Assembly: GCF_000691225.1 (NCBI RefSeq)
Contig: NZ_JMSZ01000021.1
Coordinates: forward strand, 109,764 to 133,763
Reading direction: 5' to 3'
Source: Nitrincola lacisaponensis
GTDB lineage: Bacteria > Pseudomonadota > Gammaproteobacteria > Pseudomonadales > Balneatricaceae
Length of the DNA stretch: 24,000 nucleotides
Positions 17,701 to 24,000 of this stretch are shown piece after piece. Numbering within the stretch: position 1 is the first letter of the stretch; each line of letters begins with the position of its first letter. Below the pieces are notes generated by a model that was not told the DNA's origin, ran no database searches, and saw only the letters and a program-made list of their open reading frames with translations. A program made the position numbers and the translations under genes.

Positions 17701-18454
17701 CTTCCTGCACAGTCTGCTGGAATGGGCGGCTGCATTGAGCTGGGTTGATGATCAGGGCGTTCGCCAACAGGGATTTGCCGGTGTACTGCAACCTGAACTT
17801 CAGGACAGCTGTCGCGAGTATCTGTTGCAACGCTGTCAGCAGCATCAACTGGAGGACTGGTTTGAGCCCTTGTTGCACTGGTTGCAGCAGTTTGTGCAGC
17901 AGGTCTGGCAGTTCCCGAGGCAATTGAATGATGATGCGGAGCCGGTGAGTCTGGCTGCTCTGTCATCACAGCAGTACAGCGTTGAACTGGAGTTCTGGTT
18001 CGCCAGTCATCAACTCGATACCCTGAAACTGGATGCCTGGGTTCAGTCGCGTACACTGGGTGGTCAGGCACGTCCGCCACTGGCAGCCAATCGAGTTAAC
18101 GGCATGCTGAAAGGGTTTATCGATCTGGTGGTTGAACACCAGGGTAGATATTATGTTTTAGATTGGAAATCCAATTGGTTAGGTGTAAATGATCAAGCCT
18201 ATTCTGAAGATATAATGCGTCAGACTCTGCTGGATAAACGCTATGATCTGCAATACCTGCTGTATCTGCTGGCGCTGCACCGGCAGTTGAGTGTGCGCTT
18301 GCCTGGCTATGATTATGACCAGCATATGGGCGGGGCGGCCTATGTTTTCCTGCGCGGCAGTCAGTCAGAAACCCAGGGGGTGTTTTTTGACAAACCGGCG
18401 CGCCAGGTGATTGAGGGACTGGATAAACTGTTTGCTGGAGACGTGATCGAATGA
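14786..18454 (+). CDS. recB: Exodeoxyribonuclease V beta subunit RecB (SF1 helicase-nuclease)
   Basis: Walker A IEASAGTGKTFTL, motif II VDEFQDTD, and the C-terminal PD-(D/E)xK nuclease GFIDLVVEHQGRYYVLDWKSNWLG. ATGA overlap with recC at 14786-14789. Confidence 0.97.
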   Translation: MTDQINRLDPLTFPLQGQALIEASAGTGKTFTLALLYLRLVIQHGGEQAFTRPLLPPEILVVTFTNAATAELRDRIRARLVEAAQVFEGAESEDALLQALKQQLPPEQHPRAARQLTLAAQWMDESAISTIHAWCYRMLREHAFDSGSAFDPQLETHEQTWQQQAAEDYWRSEYSQLPLDELSRVVSCWASPDALLKKVKPCLDKLVYLPQPGGSALQLIHQYLHQRAQQLADLKARWQREDYIGQLQQLFDQAARQKAFQAKKLNSNHRAGVLNKLSDWLAQVSQEDPGIFSGKSWRVMSSEGVQEIWLEADQAPVDHPACRALAQLQADLAALPDLEPDLLCHAAHWIAARIEKVKLQSNSLSQNDLLLRLDQALASAQGDALARAIRKQFPVALVDEFQDTDPVQYRIFRRIYHQQGDSEAVGFFMIGDPKQAIYAFRGADIYTYLQARRDSEGRHYTLDTNYRSTAALITSVNEVFSLAEQRSRGAFLFKSDQQNPVPFVPVRAGRAELPGLLLNGQAAPALQAWWVEPVDGKLNKGDARARLAQATAARITELLTQGQQGKALLPLGDAGSWRGVQPADCAVLVSNLTEANLIRQSLQQLGVASVYLSDRSSVFQTRVASELLQLLRAVASPLNEKLIRAALASPLLRLDVRLLERLNRDELYWESQSGQFVTYHQLWQRQGILPLIYRLIQDFKLAAGATQRAQGERELTDLLHLGELLHQAADMLDGEQALIRFLEESILEPDEQSEAQQLRLETDDQLVRVVTIHKSKGLEYPLVFLPFIGDSRPATARDTLLITHTSDQQVEVHLRSNAENLAQADDERLAEDLRKLYVGLTRARFVNWIGVAETDGFASSALAYVLNAPAECPVEALQALQTLSRQALPEQLPEPWQPEQTAVQFAVRQAPRLTHEHWWIASYSALKQGRTQVSETAWQETLLDSQESDDLQTAMLPSRDLHGLPKGSHIGTFLHSLLEWAAALSWVDDQGVRQQGFAGVLQPELQDSCREYLLQRCQQHQLEDWFEPLLHWLQQFVQQVWQFPRQLNDDAEPVSLAALSSQQYSVELEFWFASHQLDTLKLDAWVQSRTLGGQARPPLAANRVNGMLKGFIDLVVEHQGRYYVLDWKSNWLGVNDQAYSEDIMRQTLLDKRYDLQYLLYLLALHRQLSVRLPGYDYDQHMGGAAYVFLRGSQSETQGVFFDKPARQVIEGLDKLFAGDVIE

Positions 18455-20475
18455 ACAGGGAACAGGGTATGGCATTCGACTGGCTGGACCGGCTGTATGA
18501 ACAGGGAAAACTGCGTGCCCTGGATTTGGCGCTATGCCGTTATATTGCTGACACCGCACCTGAATCTGATCCTTATGTACTTTTGGCGATCGGGCTGACC
18601 AGTGAGCGCAATGGTCATGGTGATGTCTGTCTGGATTTGATGGCGGCGCTGGAGTCACTGAAGCTCATTGCGAGTCCTGACGCACTGGGCCTGTCGCAGC
18701 TGTTACAGGCAACAACTCAGTTGAGCCCGGCTGAGTGGTGGGCGAAGCTGCGTGGGTCTGTGGCGATTCAGCCTGAAGAGGGACCGGATGCATCTCATTC
18801 TGAGCAGGCGAGTACACCACTGGTGTTGGCGGGCACTGCAGAATCGCCACTACTCTATCTGCGCCGTTACTGGAATTATGAGCAGCAGGTGTGTCAGGCA
18901 CTGCAGCAGCGCATTGAACAGCGGTATGATTTCCCGGATGCGGCCATGGCGCCCTTACTGGACAGACTGTTTCCATCTGTTACGCCGCGCGAGCAACCGG
19001 ACTGGCAGAAAATTGCCTGTGCACTATCTGCACGCAGTGGCTTTGCGGTGATCACTGGCGGGCCGGGTACAGGTAAAACGACGACTGTGGTGCGTTTGCT
19101 GGCGTTGCTGCAAGCCTTGGCCATGCAACAGCAGCAGCCGGCTTTGCGCATTGCTCTGGCAGCTCCCACAGGCAAGGCCGCTGCACGGCTGAATGCCTCT
19201 ATTGCTGCACAGGTTGCAAGTTTGCCTCTGGCGGATCTCAGTGATCAGCCGGAACACCTGGCTGCGGCCATACCGACAGAGGTCACCACTCTGCATCGGT
19301 TATTGGGACCGCAGCCGGACAGTCGTCGTTTTCGACATCACCGGGGACAGCCGTTGCCGGTTGATCTGGTGGTGGTCGATGAAGCATCCATGGTTGATCT
19401 GGAAATGCTGGCTGCCCTGGTGGATGCACTCAGACCCCAGGCCCGGCTGATTTTGCTGGGAGACAAGGATCAGTTAGCTTCGGTTGAGGCCGGTGCCGTA
19501 TTGGGAGATTTGTGCCAGCGGGCGTCACAGGGCTGTTATCAACCGGAAACAGTTGAATGGCTGCAGCGGGTAACCGGCTATGCTTTAGCGGTTGGTTATC
19601 AGAGTGAAACCGGACGACCGCTGGATCAGGTGATCACCATGCTGCGTCATAGTCACCGTTTCAGTGATCAGGGGGGGATCGGCGCGTTAGCGCGTCTGGT
19701 GAATGAAGGCTGTTTGTATGATCAGCCTGTCCCGGATCGGATGCAGGCTTTGCAGCAGCTGTTTAACGAGCAACAGGGGCCGATTCAGCGTTTGCTTGTC
19801 AGTCATGCGGCAGATGCTGCGTTGGCGCAACTGGTGGTGCAGGGATACCGTCACTATCTGGAGCTGATGCAAACCCGACGGCCTGCTGAAACAGCAGACA
19901 ATGCAGCCTATGATGACTGGGCGGCACAGATATTACAGGCGCATACCGGTTTTCAGTTGCTCTGCGCCGTGCGTGAAGGTCCCTGGGGCGTTGAACAGCT
20001 CAATCCCTGGATTGCCCGAGCGCTGACCCGGGCAGGTTGGCTACAGGACAGTGACTCTCTCTGGTATGAGGGGCGGCCGGTATTGATGACCCGGAATGAC
20101 TACAGTCTCAGGTTGATGAATGGTGATATCGGTATTGCCTTGATGCGGCCAGTGGAGCAGCCAGATGGTTCCAGATGTTTAGCCCTGAGAGTGGTTTTCC
20201 CGGGGGCGGATGGCGGCGTGCGCTGGATTATGCCCAGTCGTCTGCAGGCGCTGGAAAGTGTCTTTGCCATGACCGTGCATAAATCTCAGGGCTCAGAGTT
20301 CACGCATACAGCACTGGTATTGCCGGATCAGCCCAACCCGGTGTTGACTCAGGAGCTGATATATACCGGCATTACCCGTTCTCGAGAGCGTTTTACCCTG
20401 ATCTACAGTCGTGAGAGCGCGCTGCGTCACGCGTTGGAAAAACGTGTGACGCGCCGCAGCGGCCTGCACCTTTGA
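18451..20475 (+). CDS. recD: Exodeoxyribonuclease V alpha subunit RecD (SF1B helicase)
   Basis: Walker A ITGGPGTGKTTTV, Walker B VVDEASMVD, and TVHKSQGSEF. ATGA overlap with recB at 18451-18454. Confidence 0.96.
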   Translation: MNREQGMAFDWLDRLYEQGKLRALDLALCRYIADTAPESDPYVLLAIGLTSERNGHGDVCLDLMAALESLKLIASPDALGLSQLLQATTQLSPAEWWAKLRGSVAIQPEEGPDASHSEQASTPLVLAGTAESPLLYLRRYWNYEQQVCQALQQRIEQRYDFPDAAMAPLLDRLFPSVTPREQPDWQKIACALSARSGFAVITGGPGTGKTTTVVRLLALLQALAMQQQQPALRIALAAPTGKAAARLNASIAAQVASLPLADLSDQPEHLAAAIPTEVTTLHRLLGPQPDSRRFRHHRGQPLPVDLVVVDEASMVDLEMLAALVDALRPQARLILLGDKDQLASVEAGAVLGDLCQRASQGCYQPETVEWLQRVTGYALAVGYQSETGRPLDQVITMLRHSHRFSDQGGIGALARLVNEGCLYDQPVPDRMQALQQLFNEQQGPIQRLLVSHAADAALAQLVVQGYRHYLELMQTRRPAETADNAAYDDWAAQILQAHTGFQLLCAVREGPWGVEQLNPWIARALTRAGWLQDSDSLWYEGRPVLMTRNDYSLRLMNGDIGIALMRPVEQPDGSRCLALRVVFPGADGGVRWIMPSRLQALESVFAMTVHKSQGSEFTHTALVLPDQPNPVLTQELIYTGITRSRERFTLIYSRESALRHALEKRVTRRSGLHL

Positions 20476-20483
20476 GTGTCAGG

Positions 20484-23400
20484 CTAGTTTCGCAGGCCGT
20501 TCAGTAACGCCTCAACCTGCTGGAAGCGTTCTTCTGCATTGGGCATGGCGCGAGTAAAGCGCAAACCTGTGGGCCCATCCAGCTTGAAGATCTGCGGTTG
20601 GCGCTGAATCAACTGGATAAGGCGCATGGGTTCAATCTTGGGTTCACTGTCGAACTCAATCTTGCCGCCTTTGTCGTTGGCATCAAGTTTAAGAATGCCC
20701 AGTGTTTCGGCCAGCAGCTTCAGTTCAGTCAGACGCAGCAGATGTTTGGTCTGTTCGGGCAGCAGACCAAAACGATCGATCATTTCGACCTGGATTTCCT
20801 GTAGCTGCTCGGCGTCGCGTGCGTTGGCGATACGCTTGTAGAGCATCAGGCGGTTATGCACATCGGGCAGGTAGTCTTCCGGAATCAGTGCTGACAGATG
20901 CAGGTTGATTTCGCAGCCATGTTGCAAGGGTTTGTCCAGATCCGGGGTTTTACCTTCACGGATAGCATCCACTGCCTGCTCCAGCATTTCCATATACAGG
21001 CCAAAACCGATGGTCTGCATCTGGCCGCTCTGGTCTTCGCCCAGTAATTCGCCTGCACCACGAATCTCCAGGTCATGCGTGGCCAGCGTGAAACCTGCGC
21101 CCAGCGTTGAGGCTTCTGAGATGGCTTCCAGGCGTCGTTGGGCGTCTTCGGTCATGTTGCGTGCATCGGGTGTTAACAGATAGGCATAGGCCTGGTGATG
21201 AGAACGGCCGACACGCCCGCGTAGCTGGTGTAACTGGGCCAGGCCGAACTTGTCCGCGCGTTCTATGATAATGGTGTTGGCATTGGGGATGTCGATACCG
21301 GTTTCGATGATGGTGGTGCACACCAGTACATTGAAGCGCTTGTGATAAAAATCACTCATCACCTGTTCCAGTTCACGCTCCCGCATCTGACCATGGCCAA
21401 TAGCAACCCTGGCTTCAGGTACCAGCGCATCGACGTCTGCAGCCACTTTATCAATGGTCTTGACCTCGTTGTGCAGGTAGTAGACCTGGCCACCACGCAG
21501 CAGCTCACGCAAAATGGCTTCTTTCAGCAGTGCCGGTTCGGATTGGCGCACAAAGGTTTTGACTGACAGACGTCGGGCGGGTGGTGTTGCAATAATCGAC
21601 AGGTCGCGCATGCCGGACATCGCCATGTTCAAGGTACGCGGGATGGGTGTTGCAGTCATGGTCAGAATGTCGATTTCAGCCCGCAGTGCTTTGATTTTCT
21701 CTTTTTGCTGCACCCCAAAGCGATGTTCTTCATCAATAATCAGCAATCCAAGATTCTTAAAGGTCAGACTACCCTGTAACAGCTTGTGGGTGCCGATCAG
21801 GATATCGACCTGTCCTTCACTGAGCTGCTGAGCAATAGTCTGTTGTTGCTTGGCGCTGCGAAAACGGGAAATCAGCTCTACATTGACAGGCCAGTCAGCA
21901 AAACGATCGCGGAAGTTTTCATAGTGCTGCTGAGCCAGTAGCGTGGTTGGAACCAGTACGGCAACCTGTTTGCCTGCCTGGGCGGCAATGAAGGCCGCGC
22001 GCATGGCGACTTCGGTCTTGCCGAAGCCAACATCGCCGCACACCAGCCGGTCCATGGGTTTGGCTGCTCGCATATCACGTATAACGGCATCAATGGCGCT
22101 GGCCTGATCCGGGGTTTCTTCAAAAGGAAAGGCCGCAGCAAAGCGGGTGTAGTCATCTTCCGGGAAATCGAAAGAGAAGCCCTGTCGCGCGTTACGCCGG
22201 GCATAGATGTCCAGCAGTTCAGCGGCCGTATCACGGACTTTTTCAGCCGCCTTGCGGCGTGCCTTGCTCCATTGTTCCGTACCCAGGCGGTGCAGTGGAG
22301 CCAGATCATCCGTAGCACCGGTATAACGGCTGATCAGGTGCAAGGAAGACACCGGCACATACAGCTTGGCGTCGTTGGCGTATTCCAGTGTCAGAAACTC
22401 ATTGGTCTGTCCATCCACCTGGATGCTTTGCAGTCCACGATAGCGCCCCACACCATGGTCAAGATGTACCACAGGTGCATCCTGAGTGAGTTCGGACAGG
22501 TGGCGGATTACCTGATCAGATTGCTCCTTGTCACGCTGACGACGGCGGCGTTGAAAAATCTGGCGACCAAACAGTTGGGTTTCGGTAATCAGATGGAAAC
22601 GATGCTCGATGGAGATTCCCTGGTCGAGAGGGAAGTCGGTAATCGCCAGAGGCAAGGGATTGCTGTGATAGGCCTGCCAGTTTTCCACCCAGGTTGCTTT
22701 CAGTCCGGTTTTCTTCAGCAGTTCCAGCAGCGCCTCGCGACGTCCGGCCGATTCGGCACAGAGCAGCAGGCTGGCATCCGGTTGTGCCTGAATGAGCTGT
22801 TTGAGGCGAGCGAGAGGCTGATCACTGCCAGGCTCGGCGGTCAGATCAGGTGGCGGAGTGCAGGGCAGGTTGTCGCGTCCTGGACGCAGTGTTTCGGCAT
22901 CACTGCTGAGCCGCAGTCTGCCATAGTGTTTCAGCTGACTCAGCAGTGTTTCCGGCGGCAGGTATAGTGCTTCCGGTGACAGCAGTGGTCGCTGGGTATC
23001 AAAATTGCGTTCATTGAAGCGATTGCGTACTTCTGTATCAAAATGGCGTGCAGCCAGATCAATGCCGGCTTGTTCAACGATAAGTGTCTGTTTAGGCAGA
23101 TAGTCGAACAGGGTTGAGAGGGCATCAAAAAACAGTGGCAGATAATACTCAATCCCTGAAGGTACCAGCCCGTCAGAAACATCCCGATACACCGGGCAGC
23201 GGTTGAAGTCCACTTCAAAACGTTCACGCCAGTGTTGCTTGAACAGACGGATAGATGGCTCGTTGAACGGAAACTCGCGGGCTGGCAGCAAGCGGATCTG
23301 TTTCAGGGTATCAATCGAACGCTGGCTTTCCGGATCGAAGGTGCGCAGGGTTTCAATTTCATCATCAAACAGGTCTATACGGAAAGGCAGAGAACTGCCC

Positions 23401-23930
23401 ATTGGAAAAATATCAATAATGGAACCACGTACAGCAAACTCACCGTGTTCATAAACAGTGTTCACAGCCTGATAACCGGCATGGACCAGTTGCTGGCGTA
23501 ATTGATCCGGATTAAAGGCCTGGCCCGCATCCAGACTCAGGCTGTGCCCGGTAATAAAGGTTTTGGGTGCGATGCGTTGCATCAGCGTGGAGACAGATAC
23601 TATCAGTATGCCGCGCTTCATCGACGGTAGTCGATAGAGCGTCTCGATACGTTGCGAGATAATATCCTGGTGCGGGGAGAAGCTGTCATACGGCAGCGTC
23701 TCCCAGTCCGGGAACAACAGTATTTCTTCCGGGTCCTGGCAGAAGAAGCGGGTTTCCTCGCGAATACGCAGTGCCGTTTCATTGTCCTTGCAGACCATCA
23801 GTACCAGGCCTTGATGCTGCTGCTCCAGCAGCTGTTGCAGTAACAGACCGGTACTGCAGCCAGTCACCTGACCAAGGCGTTTGATATCCCCAGCTGAGTG
23901 GGGAAGGGCATAGGAAAAAGCAGTCAGCAC
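20484..23930 (-). CDS. mfd: Transcription-repair coupling factor Mfd
   Basis: Walker A CGDVGFGKTEVAMRAAF, DEEH box IIDEEHRFG, and motif VI QLHQLRGRVGRS. The N-terminus LTAFSYALPHSAGDIKRLGQVTG aligns with E. coli MPEQYRYTLPVKAGEQRLLGELTG. I therefore place the start at the GTG at 23930, with ggag 7 nt upstream. That gives 1148 aa, the length I recall for E. coli Mfd. The ORF-track ATG at 23981 adds 17 unsupported residues. Confidence 0.96.
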   Translation of the reverse strand: MLTAFSYALPHSAGDIKRLGQVTGCSTGLLLQQLLEQQHQGLVLMVCKDNETALRIREETRFFCQDPEEILLFPDWETLPYDSFSPHQDIISQRIETLYRLPSMKRGILIVSVSTLMQRIAPKTFITGHSLSLDAGQAFNPDQLRQQLVHAGYQAVNTVYEHGEFAVRGSIIDIFPMGSSLPFRIDLFDDEIETLRTFDPESQRSIDTLKQIRLLPAREFPFNEPSIRLFKQHWRERFEVDFNRCPVYRDVSDGLVPSGIEYYLPLFFDALSTLFDYLPKQTLIVEQAGIDLAARHFDTEVRNRFNERNFDTQRPLLSPEALYLPPETLLSQLKHYGRLRLSSDAETLRPGRDNLPCTPPPDLTAEPGSDQPLARLKQLIQAQPDASLLLCAESAGRREALLELLKKTGLKATWVENWQAYHSNPLPLAITDFPLDQGISIEHRFHLITETQLFGRQIFQRRRRQRDKEQSDQVIRHLSELTQDAPVVHLDHGVGRYRGLQSIQVDGQTNEFLTLEYANDAKLYVPVSSLHLISRYTGATDDLAPLHRLGTEQWSKARRKAAEKVRDTAAELLDIYARRNARQGFSFDFPEDDYTRFAAAFPFEETPDQASAIDAVIRDMRAAKPMDRLVCGDVGFGKTEVAMRAAFIAAQAGKQVAVLVPTTLLAQQHYENFRDRFADWPVNVELISRFRSAKQQQTIAQQLSEGQVDILIGTHKLLQGSLTFKNLGLLIIDEEHRFGVQQKEKIKALRAEIDILTMTATPIPRTLNMAMSGMRDLSIIATPPARRLSVKTFVRQSEPALLKEAILRELLRGGQVYYLHNEVKTIDKVAADVDALVPEARVAIGHGQMRERELEQVMSDFYHKRFNVLVCTTIIETGIDIPNANTIIIERADKFGLAQLHQLRGRVGRSHHQAYAYLLTPDARNMTEDAQRRLEAISEASTLGAGFTLATHDLEIRGAGELLGEDQSGQMQTIGFGLYMEMLEQAVDAIREGKTPDLDKPLQHGCEINLHLSALIPEDYLPDVHNRLMLYKRIANARDAEQLQEIQVEMIDRFGLLPEQTKHLLRLTELKLLAETLGILKLDANDKGGKIEFDSEPKIEPMRLIQLIQRQPQIFKLDGPTGLRFTRAMPNAEERFQQVEALLNGLRN

Positions 23931-24000
23931 GTTTCGCTCCAGGATTGAACACCAGACAAGATAGGGCGTTAGTGTAACCAATGCTGTAAAAAAACACAGT

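Noticed and set aside
20462-20484. Hairpin GCCTGCAC-ctttga-GTGtCAGGC between convergent recD and mfd stops
   Set aside because: It has 8 bp with a bulge, overlaps both stop codons and has only a weak U-run (UAGUUU). It is plausible as a bidirectional terminator but too weak to call. The same applies to the 5-bp CTGAG/CTCAG stem at 8527-8548 between aox and the GGDEF-EAL gene.
22272-22967. 231-aa plus-strand ORF antisense to mfd (with similar ones at 21878-22318 and 20905-21183)
   Set aside because: These are shadow ORFs inside a strongly conserved helicase gene. They have no family resemblance and no ribosome-binding context.
23931-23981. 17-aa N-terminal extension of Mfd
   Set aside because: Alignment to the E. 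coli Mfd N-terminus, and a ggag SD, both support the GTG at 23930. That start gives the E. coli-like length of 1148 aa.
1-24000. Scan for CRISPR arrays, tRNA/rRNA genes, IS elements, integrons, retron or DGR-like repeats, and defence-island gene sets
   Set aside because: Intergenic space totals well under 1 kb, and none of it shows regularly spaced repeats or cloverleaf-capable sequence. Every large ORF is accounted for by a recognisable family. This was a by-eye scan, so short dispersed repeats could have been missed.

Overview
This is a gene-dense chromosomal segment that looks gammaproteobacterial (marine Oceanospirillales-like by protein flavour; that is inference only). I saw no rRNA, tRNA, CRISPR array, IS element, integrase or phage genes.

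Gene content, left to right:
- 5' end of a minus-strand DUF3524-type glycosyltransferase, truncated by the window edge.
- CheY-like receiver fused to a degenerate PilZ-like domain.
- Secreted DUF4399 protein.
- Translationally coupled pair: a zinc-free MDR/quinone-oxidoreductase-like dehydrogenase and a proline-racemase-superfamily protein whose two catalytic positions read Ser/Thr.
- E. coli-type higB-higA toxin-antitoxin module on the opposite strand.
- Same-strand run of four genes: glutamine-synthetase-like gamma-glutamyl-amine ligase (PuuA/PauA-like), FAD oxidoreductase (PuuB/PauB-like), acylphosphatase and a bacterial alternative oxidase.
- Convergent periplasmic-SBP/PAS/GGDEF/EAL c-di-GMP enzyme.
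- Compact recC-recB-recD operon.
- Convergent mfd.

About 13 kb (recCBD and mfd) is ordinary housekeeping DNA. I do not see hallmarks of a clearly novel self-contained system such as a defence island or retroelement.

The items most worth a second look:
1. The dehydrogenase plus Ser/Thr proline-racemase-like pair.
2. The ligase / FAD oxidoreductase / acylphosphatase / alternative oxidase array, a possible operon.
3. The higBA insertion with its very compressed, palindrome-bearing divergent control region.
4. The REC-degenerate PilZ protein.

All functional calls rest on motif recognition from memory, not on database searches.
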